A stretch of DNA of 64,000 bases from contig NC_042998.1 of NCBI RefSeq assembly GCF_006345805.1, positions 52,266,001 to 52,330,000 of the forward strand, in the 5' to 3' direction. The stretch comes from Octopus sinensis. Its lineage: Eukaryota. The translations under genes were made by a program, and so were the position numbers. Positions 24,775 through 37,654 of the stretch are shown here, one piece after another. Each line of letters starts with the position of its first letter. Positions within the stretch are counted from its first letter, which is position 1. The notes beneath the pieces are model-generated. The model was given only the letters and a program-made list of their open reading frames with translations, was not told the origin of the DNA and did not search any database.

Positions 24775-26240
24775 TTATTTTATTGAAAGATTTATACATA
24801 AGATATTTTCACTGTCTGCTGATATAATTTCTGTGTGCTGTGTATATTTGTAAGTTCTTGTGTTTTGGTTATATATTTTTCTACAACATTTTAAATGATT
24901 TGCAAACTATTATCTTGTTACAAAGATTGTTTCTGTTCTCAGTCTCTATATTCTGTTTTTTCTATTTTCCAGATTTTTCTATTTTGGATAATCTTTAAAT
25001 TTTTTTTAGAGAAACATGTATCATTTGTTAGAGCACTTCCTTTTCTAGTGGTCCTTCACAGCTACATCTAGTTGATTTACCCTGATATCCCTGTCCGTAT
25101 AAAATGGCATACCCCAGTGTATAGTCACCTTGTCATCTTAAATATTCTCTGATTTATGTTTTATCTCAAGATTCTAAAATGTTGGGCATACTTTCCATTG
25201 TCTGAAATGTATAAAAATATATGTATCCCAGAATATAGACACTTTGACATTCTTTGAAACCTTTTATATATGTTTGAACCATATATTCCTATTATAATGA
25301 TGTCATAGCTTCCACTGATGAATACCCTCAACCTTGTCATATATTTTTATTTACCACTAACTCTATCAAATACTTTTATTTGCCACCATCTCTGTCATCT
25401 ACTCTTATTTATTTCGTTTTGCTCAGATAGTCTTCTATAAACCAATATGGTCGATTGTTTATTCAAAGTCTTCTCATATTGTACTGCTACTTTCTCTACT
25501 CTGCTTCATTATATAGTTTTTAGTAGTCCCACCTTTGAGGCTTCGGCTTCTGGTATTAATGTTTTTTTCATTTCAACTCTGCTCTGTCTTGTTCATTTAT
25601 AACACTATATGGGATTTTATTACCAACATCCTACTTTAATTATTATTTTTTAATAAGGTGCCAAACTGGCAAAATCTGCCAAGGTCAATTTTGTCTTTCA
25701 TTCTTTCAGTACTGGTTAAGTACTGGGGTTGATGTAATTGACTAGACCTCTCCACAAAATTTTCAGGCCTTATATCTATAGTAGAAAGAATGATTAATTC
25801 TTAGTCCTTGTTATAGCTGTGTGATAGTTTAGCCTTTGTTGCATATTCACTTTTGTTTGACTTTGTTCATGTTCTGTAAACTGTTTATATTCTCTATCAT
25901 CATCATTTCCATTATCTCCAACTGTGGAGATAATATATATATTTTATATATGTTTGAACCATATATTCCTATTATAATGATGTCATAGCTTCCACTGATG
26001 AATACCCTCAACCTTGTCATATACTTTTATTTACCACTAACTCTATCATACACTTTTATTTGCCCCCATCTCACCAGAGAATTGATATCTATTACCTTAT
26101 TTTTGGTATTCATTTCAGTTTTAAATATTCATCTGATGTGTCTTTAGTATTCTTTTGCAGCTTTTTTGCTTATTGTTACATTTGTACATTACTCTTTCTT
26201 GTTCTTTAACTACAATATTATTTATAACACTGTTTAGATA
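24775..26240 (-). mobile_element. Degraded R4/Dong-like retrotransposon (REL region and upstream)
   Basis: Minus-strand DIRVNQLDVAVKDH*KRKC and KYITKTQELTNIHSTQKII..ILC..LSI resemble R4-clade (R)PDIVV.DH and QK.ALLGTAHIL motifs; internal duplications present. Confidence 0.55.
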
Positions 26241-26394
26241 GTTGCCTCTGTAGTATGAATCTATGTTATTGAACCTACCTCATGTTTAATTTCATCAGCT
26301 GTACTCTTCCATGCTGGCTTAGGGTATTAATTTTGGAATTTTCCTTCTCCTAAATTGATTGCTTTCATTGTAGCCAGTAAGCTCAAACTAAGGA

Positions 26395-26730
26395 GCCCAA
26401 CATTTTGGAATCATGAGGGAAATGAGGTGATATAAACATACATCAGAGAATGTTTAAGATGATGATAAAGTGACCATACTCTGGGGTATGCCATTTTACA
26501 CAGTCAGGGAGATCAGGGCAAATCAACTAGATATAACTGTCAAGTACCAGTAGAGAAGGAAGTGTCCTAAAAGATGATACATAGATTTTTGAGAAATTAT
26601 CCAAAATAGAAGAACCTGGAAAATTGAAATAACCAGAATATAGGGATTGAGAACAGAAAAAATCCCTGTAATAATAAATAGACTAGTTTGGAAATCATTT
26701 AAAACCACCATTTTGAATCAGAATAGTAGT
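26395..26730 (+). mobile_element. R4/Dong-like REL fragment, inverted relative to 25065-25195
   Basis: LWGMPFYTVREIRANQLDITVKYQ*RRKC resembles LWDMPI.TDREI.ANRPDIVV. Confidence 0.6.
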
Positions 26731-27894
26731 AATTAAGGGATGCTCCCCACAACTCCAGAACTCCCAAACTGGAGACTCACTTCCAGATGCAGTTTAATGT
26801 AATACCCAGTTTCCTTTTATTCATGACTGTATTTTGTTATAATTAACCATGACCTTCTAGTCGTAAAAGGCCTTTACTCTCTTGAATACTTTATAAATAT
26901 AATCTATCTTTGTTATCTTTTGGGTGGAATATTCAAAATTCTGTCAGCATTTTCATTTTCAAGTCTTGCTAATTAATTTAGTTTCTAGCTAATAAGTTAC
27001 ATCTGAAACTTATTAGTAGAAAAACCAGAGAATTGATATCTATTACCTTATTTTTGGTATTCATTTCCGTTTTAAATATTCATCTGATGTGTCTTTAGTA
27101 TTCTTTTGCAGCTTTTTTGGTTATTGTTACATTTGTACATTATTCTCTCTTGTTCTTTAACTACAATATTATTTATAACACTGTTTAGACTAATTCTCTT
27201 ATTTCTAAAATTACATTGGTGGTTTTATTAATTTTACACTCGGTGCAATTTTCCTTACCAAATATCACAGTCAGTTTTGCTACTAAATCCATGCACACAA
27301 TACAGTTGATATTCCAGCAGTTTGTTATACAGTTGGAAGTCCTTCATATACAGGAAATAGTTGTTAGTCATTCTATACGACCTTATCAGTAACTAGAAGA
27401 ATGAGCATATTGACTAAATGAGACAGCTCAGCATTTTTCATAAACTAAAGCTCCCCACCATTCCTACTGTAGCGGTGAGGGGATCTGAGAAGATTGAAAA
27501 TGGATTGAATCAATTGCCATTTTTATAAAATTAAGATAGCTTCCAAACTTTTTAAAATTTGTCAAACACCTTGGTGAAGAATGAAGAATTATAAGGATGC
27601 ATAATTTAATTTGTTATCTCCTTGATTAAGAAAAGAAGGGGTTTGCAGAAAATTTCACTAACAATTGAATGTTTGGTGGATGTTATTGCTTGTTTCTTTG
27701 AAAACTTTTCTGTTAGCACCAGATTGAAGAGGAAAAGAAAAAAGACTGGTTTCATTCACAAAATCTCTTGTAATTGTTTGAATCTCTCAAGTTGTCTTCA
27801 ATTTACTTGTTAATGCACCTGCTCCTTGATGAAGCTATCTTACCCATGAATAATGGTTTGATGGAATCATTAGAATGTCAGACAAAAATGTGTT

Positions 27895-28460
27895 GCAGTA
27901 TTTGTTTTGATTCTTTTTACATCCTGAGATCAAATGCTGCTGATGTCAACTTTGCATTTCATCCTTCTGGGGTCCATTAAGTAATCTGTAATGTGCCTGT
28001 CGATTTCTGAGATTTAACAGAATTTGAGACCTTGTGTCTACATATGAGGTAATAATTGTTGTCATCATCATCATCATGGTGTTGTCATTATTATTATTGT
28101 TGTGGCGGTGAACTGGCAGAATTGTTAGCATGCCGAGTTCAAATTCCACCGAGGTTGACTTTGCCTTTTGTCCTTTCGGGGTCGATAAATTAAGTACCAG
28201 TTGCGTACTGGGGTTGATCTAATCGACTGTTCCCCTCCCCCAAAATTTCAGGCCTTGTACTTAGAGTAGAAAAGAAAATGCTTGGCAGTATTTTGTCTGT
28301 CTTTACGTTCTGCATTCAAATTCCGTTGGGGTAGACGTTGCCTGTCATTCTTTCAGGGTCAAAAAAATGAGTACCAGTTGAGTACTGGAGTTCATGTGAT
28401 TGACTAGCCATCTCTCCTCAAATTTCAGGTCTTGAGCCTATAATAGAAAGGATTATTATT
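27895..28460 (+). mobile_element. Cluster of SINE family B cores in tandem
   Basis: Three copies of gtcaactttgc..ttcatcc/gactttgccttt..cctttcggggtc. Confidence 0.8.
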
Positions 28461-28521
28461 AATATCATCATCATCATCAACATCATCATCATCATTATTA
28501 TCATTATTGTTGTTGTTATTA

Positions 28522-28577
<56 letters not shown>

Positions 28578-28689
28578 CATGACAAAATGGCAAACTACAG
28601 CACACATGTAATCACGAAAACATAACAAGCAACAATGTCACTCAGTACACTCCCTCATGAAGGTCACTGCTAGCTCTCACAGTACATGC

Positions 28690-28765
28690 ATGCAACTGTG
28701 TGCTGCCATCTGTTGGTGTGTTATAGAACTAGTCCGGGAACTTTTTGATACCACTTCATGTAGAA
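28690..28765 (-). mobile_element. Mariner-like terminal fragment
   Basis: Reverse complement tacatgaagtggtatcaaaaagttcccggactag resembles mariner TIRs; gccatctgttgg subterminal motif. Confidence 0.45.
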
Positions 28766-29970
28766 AAAGTGCTCTGTGAGTTGTGTTACTATTTGTGGGA
28801 TGATGATTGTGTTTGCATGGGTTGTGTGAATAATGTTATGGCTTTTATTGCTAAATGATGGTTGTGCAAAACAATCATTCTTAAGTGGTGGTCATGACCC
28901 TCATGGGGTCTTGGAATTTTCATGAAGAAGACTAAAATTTGTGTGCTTTGTTTATTAGAGTATTTTATGTGTATAAAAATATATACTTAAAATAAACACA
29001 GGAAGAAATTTATCTACAAAATATAAAATGTAAGTTCTGAAATGAAAGTTGAACATAAATGGAACAAGGGTAGTCCTAACTTTTCTTTCTTTTTCTTCAT
29101 TTTCTTCTTTTGTTCTTTAATTTTTTTTTTCTTTTGATACTCATATTTCACTCTGGGAGCAACAATATTTAATGGCTGTTATATTTTGTAAAAACATTTG
29201 TTGATGGTTTGCACATGTGTGGCTATGTGGTAAGAAGCTTGCTCTCCAACCATATGGCTCTGGGTTCAATTCCACTGCATGATCCCTTGAGTAAGTACCT
29301 TCTGCTATAGTCCCATCCCAACCAAAGCCTTGTGACTGAATTTGGTAATGAAAACTGAAAGAAACTCATCACATATGTGTGTGTGTGTGTGTGTGTTTTA
29401 CTGTTTCCATCATGCAAGGAATGTCCTTTGTTACCTATCTTCCATGGAAATATCTCTGGTTATGAGGAAAAATTACTTTCCTTGGAAACAGGTGAGGGTT
29501 GCCTCAACATAATTTTGTCAAAGCAATGTGAGCATGGAAATGTGAATGATAAAATGATAAAACAACAACAATTGATGAAGCAATCAAATTTTACATTCAA
29601 GAGTTTTTCTATTTTGTTTTCAATATTACGTTTCGTAAGATTAGTGTAATGAAATTTTTATATGATAAAGATTTTTAGTGTATTTGGTCTTGTGTCTTGT
29701 GGTACTTAGGAGTCTGAGTTTTACAGCTACATGTGTATTAAACCCTTTGTTATATTTTTAGTGAATGATGTTGCCTTTTCCACAAATGATTTTGAAAATA
29801 ATGAAAATATTATTAAATTAGGCAGCAAGCAGGCAGAGTTGCTCCTCCCTCAAACTTTCAGACTTTGTACATATAGTAGAAAGGATTAATAAGGATTATA
29901 TATTATATATATAATTATATTACAAACATTTCATATATATATATATATATATGAACATATATATATATAG

Positions 29971-30180
29971 TAATAAATAACAAGAACTTTTGGATGGAAA
30001 TTCAAAAATCCTTTAATGTGTTGTTACATATTTTCCACTGACCTCATGGATTAATTGTGTTTCCCATCCATGGGAAATTACAAATATGATTTGCAAAAGC
30101 TATGGATTTTAAGGGAGAATGTACATAGCAATGTATTTAAGGAGTTATGAATTTCCATCCAAAAGTTCTTGTTATTATTA
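29971..30180. mobile_element. 210-bp MITE-like element with ~33-bp TIRs
   Basis: taataaataacaagaacttttggatggaaattca ... tgaatttccatccaaaagttcttgttattatta. Confidence 0.75.
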
Positions 30181-30350
30181 TACTTGTCCAATGCTATAGC
30201 ACCAGACTAATAACCATTCCATAAAATGACACTGGAAGATGGAAACAATGAGCGGTAGCCAAAATAAACAGCATAGGAGCTTTTATGAGTGCACTCAAAA
30301 ACATTTCACATAAATAGACTTAAAGTACCTACGTACATACATACATATAT

Positions 30351-30899
30351 GGTGGCTGCCCCCTCGTTATTGAGTATGGCCATTGCACGAAGCTTAATCA
30401 ATGTCGTTATCGTGCAATGCCTGTGAAATAAGATTTTTTTTAAAGTGTGGAAAGGCTGTGCACTGAGTCAATCCCACTCACTAAGCAACAGTAGCCATAA
30501 TCCGAAAAGAAGAACAAGTCAACATCATCAGTAACCACTGAGCCGCAGGTTTTATGTCGGAGTTATCCCAGTTACCTGAGTTACCTTCTCCTCGAAGGAT
30601 ACCCTAACAAAGGCTAGGAGTCCTTCACTCCCAATGGTTTAACCGCGCGATTGGGTATTCAGCCCGATTATTTCTGTGTCCCCATACATGATACACCCTT
30701 AAGACATTTATTGGATGGTCGTTGACTCTCAAGAGTTCCTCCGCCCTTTGATGAGTTTTGTTTTTCATCCCGCAGGGTGTCCAATAAACACCCTCCTCAC
30801 CAAGCAAGCTTGGTGGGGTGCCGGTTTAGTCGCCGACGACCCGACCATGCAACAGGTTGTACTGGGTTACATGTTACCAGTAGCACTCGAAAGTGACCA
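30351..30899 (-). mobile_element. GC-rich structured repeat, probable 5'UTR of an RTE-like LINE
   Basis: Minus-strand ggagaaggtaactc...ataaaacctgcggctcagtgg resembles RTE 5'UTR motifs; several hairpins; flanked by (TACA)n. Confidence 0.45.
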
Positions 30900-31194
30900 T
30901 ACATACATACATACATACATACATACATACATAAATATCACAGACGTCTTTCAGTTTGCCAAATCTGCTCACAAGGCTTTGGCTGGCTTAGGGCTACAGT
31001 GGAAGTAGAAGACACTTGCCCAAAGTGACCTGCAGTGGGCCTGAGTTTAAAATCCTGTGGTTGGGAAGAAAACTTCTTAACCGCACAGCCATGCATTTGC
31101 CTATGTTTAAATGCTTAAATTTATCAAAGAACACACGGAAGAAAACATTGCCGAACTAATAGTTTCTAAGAAATCTGGATACCGTAACATGAAT

Positions 31195-31960
31195 AAGAAG
31201 CACAATACTTTTTCTTTAATATGGATTTACTTTTGCTCCTAAGTATACAAAGCACCAGCAAGTCTACCTAATTTGTGATGAGTATTTGGTGAATGATTGC
31301 ATGAAGCCTGCGAAATTAGAAAGCCATCTCGATACTAGACATGCTTCCTCTGCAGGCAAATCTTTTATCATCATTAAAATCTTTTGAAATACATAAATAG
31401 TGTTTTTTAAAAACACAAATATCAGTTCAAGAAAATGTACTGTAAAACATCATATGGAGCTTAATATTTTGTCACAAAAACCTCAAGAGCCATATACAAT
31501 TATCAAGAATTTGTAATGCCCAGCAGCAGGGAAAATTACAGAAATTATTTGTGGAATAATCAATGCAAACAAAATAAGAAGAATTTCACTGTTAAATGAT
31601 ATAGTATGCAAAAAAAAAAAAAAAAAAAAAATAATAACAATAATACAAAGTTGCAGGAAAAAGAAATAACCAATTTGTGTAACTAATGAAAGAATCAAAG
31701 TAGTAAATTTGTGATTCAGATGAATAAATTGGTCGACATTAAAGAATGATGTTCAAATATTCCGATCTAAGATATTCCCATGAATGCAGTGTGCATAAGA
31801 TCTTACTGCTTTGATGCTCATTAGATCAACATACAACAGGTGGAGATATTTTCTGCAAAGACAGTATTTTTTAAGGAGGTAAGTCTGAAATGGAATAATT
31901 ATGTTGGTGTATGTATCAGTGCTGCAACAGCAATGAAGGGGGAAAACAGAATTTTAAGTA
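31195..31960 (+). mobile_element. hAT (Buster/Charlie-type) transposase relic
   Basis: YGFTF...LICDEYLVNDCMKPAKLESHLDTRH (BED finger) and ..EFVMPSS..KITEIICG..ANKIRRISLLND match Buster-type C..L.NESMKP.KL.RHL.T.H and SLSNDT motifs. Confidence 0.75.
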
Positions 31961-32009
31961 CATCCTACATTCACTCATTGTAGGGTTCTTTGAGGATCAT
32001 CAATGATTT

Positions 32010-32420
32010 TCCTTTACTTGTTTCAGTTATTAGACTGTGGCCATGCTGGGGCACTGTTTTTAGTCGAGCAAATCGACCTCAGGACTTATTCTTTGTAAGC
32101 CTAGTACTTATTCTATCAGACTCTTTTGCTGAACCACTAAGTTACGGGGATGTAAACACACTAGCATTGGTTGTCAAGCAATGTTGAGGGGACAAACACA
32201 GACACACAAACATATACACACACTCATACATATATAAATATATATACATATATACGATGGGCTTCTTTCAGTTTCCATCTGCCAAATCCACTCACAAGGC
32301 TTTGGTCGGCCCGAGGCTATAGTAGAAGACACTTGCCCAAGGTGACACGCAGTGGGACTGAACCTGGAACCATGTGGTTGGTAAGCAAGCTAGTTACCAC
32401 ACAGCCACTCCTACGCCTAT
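32010..32420 (-). mobile_element. Full-length SINE family A
   Basis: Reverse complement from tttacttgtttcag to cacagccactcctacgcc. Confidence 0.9.
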
Positions 32421-32439
32421 AATCATTAATGACTTTTTT

Positions 32440-32755
32440 TTACTTGTTTCAGTCATTAGACTGTGGCCATGCTGGGGCACTGCTATGAAGAATTTTTAGT
32501 CAAATGAATTGACCCCAGTAAACATATTTGTTTTGAGCCTGGTACTTATTCTATCAGTCTCTTTTGGTAAACTATTAAGTCACAGAGATACAAATACACT
32601 CACACCAGTTGTCAAGCAGTGATGGGACCACACACACACACACATACACAAATGGCGGGCTTCTTACAGTTTCTGTCTACTGAATCCACTCGCAAGGCTT
32701 TGGTCAGCCTGAAGCTATAGTTGAAGGAAGCAAACGTCTTACAACACAGCCACAC
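32440..32755 (-). mobile_element. SINE family A (internally deleted)
   Basis: tttacttgtttcagtcattagactgtggccatgc...acaacacagccac. Confidence 0.8.
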
Positions 32756-32849
32756 CACAATAATATAGATGCAACTAAAATTACCAACCTTATTAATAGT
32801 TATACATTAAATATCTACCTGATCATAATTCTAAACTAGAATGAGATAT

Positions 32850-33085
32850 AGAATTCTTTACTACCCACAAGGGGCTAAACATAGAGTGGACAAACAAGGA
32901 CAGACAAAGGGATTAAGTCGATTACATCGACCCCACTGCATAAGTGGTACTTATTTAATCGACCCCGAAAGGATGAAAGGCAAAGTTGACCTTAGCGGAA
33001 TTTGAACTCACAACATAACGGCAGACGAAATACCGCCTAGCATTTCGCCTGGCGTGCAAACGTTTCTGCCAGCTCTCCGCCTTCA
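32850..33085 (-). mobile_element. SINE family B monomer
   Basis: ttctttactacccacaaggggc...cgtttctgccagctctccgcc. Confidence 0.9.
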
Positions 33086-33835
33086 AATTAGAATGTGATA
33101 TAGGCACCAAGGTATTCAAACTTTTGCTCTAATATTTCTTATGTTTTTACACTCTTCATAATATCTAGTGCACCAGTTATTTTTGGTACTGTTTTCTTTC
33201 AAACCTTACATCTTACTTATTTGGCATTTAAGACCTTTGTACTTTGATAGTTTCTCAATTCTATTCAAGTGATTTTTTGTGGTCAGATAAATCATCGTTG
33301 TCTATGAAACAAAATGCATAGATTTTTATAAGAGAGTTATAGTTTGCTTGAAGCATTGTAACATCAAAGAAGGTAAAAAGAGAAAATAGAAAGCTCCTGA
33401 CAGTGCAGAAAGTTTAATAAAAAAAAATCTTTGTATTTCAGGTACAAAGGCTCATCTTCAGAAGAAAAACAGTCTGGGAAATGTCCAGTCATGTAGGTTC
33501 TGTTAACCCATTCAAATCCCACTAGCATTATGTATAGACAGCATTATAGATTTTTTATAAATGACTCTGATAAATATATCTAGACGATTCAGCTTTTCTT
33601 TTATTGTTGTTTTTGCAGCAACAACAGTAGTAATAACAGCAGTAGCAGCATCAGTAGCAGCAACAGTACTAGTTGTCATCATCCTCATTTAATGCACCTG
33701 TGTTCCTTACTAGTATGGGTTGAATAGTTTGACAGGAGCTGGCAAGTCAGAAGACTACTAAAAGCTATACTGTCTTCACATGGTTTTTATGGCCAGATGC
33801 CCTTCCCAATGCCAGTCATTTCATAGCATGGACAA

Positions 33836-33885
<50 letters not shown>

Positions 33886-34310
33886 TTGCTTGTCAGTTGT
33901 TTGACCGTAACCAGTTGAGCATGTCCCTTAGTGGCTGACGATATGTGCATCTCTGATCATGAGCAGAAGTAGTGGGGTAGCATCATAGCCATGTGTTGAG
34001 AGGGATTCTTTGGGGTTTGAATAGTTCACCTCTGGAAACATGGGTGGTTCTTTCAACATCCTTAAACAACCCTTATTCAGGGACCGTTTGAGCGGGATGG
34101 GCTACTCAACCTGAAGAAAATTCTAACTGGGCCCCACCTGCAAGGTCATGTGCTGTTTATCTTGATATGAGATCACCATGTCGCGCACATATGGTTGTGA
34201 TGCATGTGCCTGGTGTACCTTTATCAGACGGGTAGTCATGATGGGTATATTGGGCTTCGTATATTTTACCCCAGTGTCACTTTGATGGCATGAACTGCTC
34301 TCTCACTCAA
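33886..34310. repeat. ~430-bp interspersed repeat embedded in (AAT)n, copy 1
   Basis: Homologous to 52955-53363; (AAT)n on both sides. Confidence 0.85.
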
Positions 34311-34429
34311 TGATAATAATAATAGTAATAATTTACCTCTGTTTGCCTGAGTTACCTATTTATTCGTAGACAACATGTTACAAAGGGATTATTTAATTGT
34401 GTGCACATATACTTTATATAGCAATATTT

Positions 34430-34812
34430 TTTTACTTGTTTCAGTCATTTGACTGTGGCCATGCTGGAACACTGCCTTCAAGTTGAACAAATCGACCACA
34501 GGACTTATTCTTTGTCAGCCTAGTACTTATTCTATCAGTCTCTTTTGCTGAACTGCTAAGTTACGGGTATGTAAATACACCAACATTGGTTGTCAAGTGT
34601 TGGTTGGGTAACAAACACACACACACACACAAAGACACACATGCACACACACACACACACACGACAGGCTTCTTTCAGTTTCTGTCTACCAAATCCACTC
34701 ACAAGGCTTTGGTTGGTCTGAGGCTATAGCAGAAGTCACTTGCCCAAAATGCAGTGGGACTGAACCCATAACTATGTGGTTGGGAAGCAAGCTTCTTACC
34801 ACACAGCCACTC
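34430..34812 (-). mobile_element. SINE family A
   Basis: tttacttgtttcagtcatttgactgtggccatgctgg...gcttcttaccacacagccac. Confidence 0.88.
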
Positions 34813-35194
34813 ATGTAGTAATAATTAAAAAATTCATTAATTACAAGAACCCTGTAAGAGTACTTTTCTGACAGGTGCACATGTACTTAGAAAACAAAAG
34901 GCTCTGCTTGGTTTGCAAATTCTCTATGCCCAAAAAGCTGTTATAATTAGTCCACCATCAAGCTGAATCCAATCTCTCTCTCTCACCTATAATTTTATAT
35001 ATATCCATACACCTAATTTTCTACCCTCATGCATACACAAACACACTCATCTATATATATATAATTGTGTGCATATGTATCTATGTACATACACACTCAT
35101 GTTCTCTCTCCCCCTCTCCCTTTCTCATCCCCTTTGTCCCTCCCCTCTGCTCCCTCCCTCCCTCCCTCCCTATTGTATATCTTATTCAAGTTTT

Positions 35195-35400
35195 TGTTTC
35201 TTTCTTGTTTTACCGTTTGACATTCAAATTACTCTTTCAAATGTAATGCTTTATTTATTCGCATTGTTTCAAATTAATCATGCATTAGCCAGTAGCTTTG
35301 AGATTTCATTGATCTGATTGCTACCTTTTAAATTGACATTGTAGTGTAGTTGTGAGAGGCAAAATCTGGCCAGGCCAAATGCTAAAGCATTACATATTAA
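35195..35400 (+). mobile_element. TTAA-type MITE (family of 2138-2336)
   Basis: ttaccgtttgacattcaaattactc...gtagctttgagatttc...gctaaagcattac. Confidence 0.6.
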
Positions 35401-36134
35401 TTTTCCAAGAATAATTCCAATCTCTTTAAACTCACAGTACTCACCCCAGAATTCCCCCTTGGTGTATGTGAGCTTACAATGCCCTCAAGAGGGCTTTATC
35501 ACAACATCTATTCAAAATAATATTAGATATTATAATAACCAATTTGAGTCAGAAAAGAGAGGATTTGAATCACAGATCAATTCTTGCTGGGCAGCTATAA
35601 TATATTATGATTACAGTAAAGTATATTTACCATTCTCTTTTCTCAAATGAATTGCTATAAGTTTATTTCTTCTGTTTTAATTTACTATTTAATCTTCATA
35701 AGATAATATATCATTATCAATCACTTAGTGTCAAAGGGATTAGATTATTTCACTAATGTTCACAACAGCAAAGGTGTCCCATTTAAAATGCAATTTGGTG
35801 TTTGTGACAAGAACTAATTCTATGAATGCAAAAGCAAAATCATATTATAGAATCTATTTTGAAGAGACGGAATGGTAAGCACTCTGTCATGTTATAAGTA
35901 ACAAAACCATCCAATGAAGCTATATTTATGGGGTTTCATTTTATCCCAAATTAGTGCTTATAATGTCAAATATCATTTTAAGGTGGTTAACTAGCAGAGC
36001 AGTTAGCATATTGGATAAGATGCTTTGCAGCATTTACTCCAGCTCTCCTCATAATGAGTTCAAACCCTGTGAGGCTGTTTCATTTTTGTGGGCTCAGTAA
36101 GATAAAGTACCAGCCCAGGGCAAAGGATTATCTT

Positions 36135-36475
36135 TTATCTTTTATCTGTTGCAGTCATTGGACTATGGCCATACTGGGGCACTACCTTCAAGGGTTTAGG
36201 TAAACAAATTGACTCTTGCACTTATTATTTTACTGATCTTATTTTGTTGATCCACTAGGTTATTAGGATGTAAATAAACCAACATTGGTTATCAAGTGGC
36301 AGTGCGAGACAAAAACAAACATGACGATATGCATACATGTAAATATATACACAAAATAAGCTTCTTTCAGCTTCTGCCTACCAAATCTACTGACAAAGTT
36401 TAGGTTGATCCAGGGCTATAGCAGAAGACACTTGCCCAGGGTGCAATGCATTGGGACTGAATCCAAGACCACACT
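36135..36475 (-). mobile_element. SINE family A (diverged)
   Basis: gcagtcattggactatggccatactgg...ttgggactgaatccaagaccac. Confidence 0.75.
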
Positions 36476-37340
36476 TTGGCAGAATTTTCAGTGTTAGTGG
36501 AAGGTATCTTGTGCTATTTACTCCTGCTGTTCGTACTCTAAGTCCTAGCATGGTAGATTTGATCTGTCATCTGTTTTACCTTCATTAACTAGTCCTTTGG
36601 TGCCTTTAACAGAGTTCACACTGTTATGAGTATTCAGACAAGGTCTCCTGTTTGCAGATTCATTACTTCTTTTCTTCACTCTCAGCGACCCTGAAGCAAT
36701 AGACAAAGGCTTTTGCTCTCTGACTAAATAATAAAAAAAATTTCTTTGCAGTTGTTAAGAAGTTTGCTTCCCAACTACATGGTTCTGGGTTTAGTCCCAC
36801 TACATGGTACCATGGGCAGCTGTCTTCTACTATAACTTCAGGCCTACCAAAGCCTTGTGAGTAGAAATTGAAAGAAACCCACTGCATATATTTATTCATT
36901 TGTGTGTGTGTGTGCAGCTGGATGCCTTTCCTGTCACCAACCATTACCCATTTCCAAGAAAGGTAATATTTTCCCATAACCAGACATGTTTTCATGGAAG
37001 ATTGTGAATGAAGGACAATTGCAAGACGTGATATTTGTTCACAAATCCTATTATGCAATGCCAAGGCAAGGAGACAGTAACATGGACACCCCACCACACA
37101 TGCATATGTGTGTCTGTATATATATATATATATATATATATTTGAGTAGTTGAATGAATTATCTTATTAAGGATAATTCGAAAGATAACCAATACTTGGG
37201 TAGCAAATTCACATCAGAAAGAACACGGTTGAAGCTACGTCACTAGGGCATAGACTACGTGCTTTCATGCAGAAATTTGTATGTTTATTTTAAAAATATA
37301 AGTTTATGAAAGAATGGAGTTGAACTACTTGTTAACAAAT

Positions 37341-37439
37341 TTCCTTTATTTTCGACATATGTTTCGAAGGCTGCATATTCCTAATTCCGAAGGAATAAGG
37401 AGTACATTATGCAGATTTCTCATCAGGAAAGGCAAGGAA
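37341..37439 (-). ncRNA. Type I hammerhead ribozyme motif (canonical core, GUC triplet)
   Basis: Reverse-complement copy of 37518-37616. Confidence 0.8.
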
Positions 37440-37517
37440 CTTATGTCGACATCAAAATGCACAAAAAACTTTTAGCTGACTGCTCTCAAAGAGCCCATGG
37501 CGATAATGACTCATAAG

Positions 37518-37616
37518 TTCCTTGCCTTTCCTGATGAGAAATCTGCATAATGTACTCCTTATTCCTTCAGAATTAGGAATATGCAGCCTTCGAAACATAT
37601 GTCGAAAATAAAGGAA
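37518..37616 (+). ncRNA. Type I hammerhead ribozyme motif (canonical core, GUC triplet)
   Basis: TTCCTT-GCC-TTTC / CTGATGA 37531-37 / stem II GAA..CTGCATA...TATGCAG..TTC / GAAAC-ATAT-GTC 37592-37603 / GAAA-ATA-AAGGAA. Confidence 0.82.
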
Positions 37617-37654
37617 ATTTGTTAACAAGTCGTTCAACTCCATTCTTTCATAAA

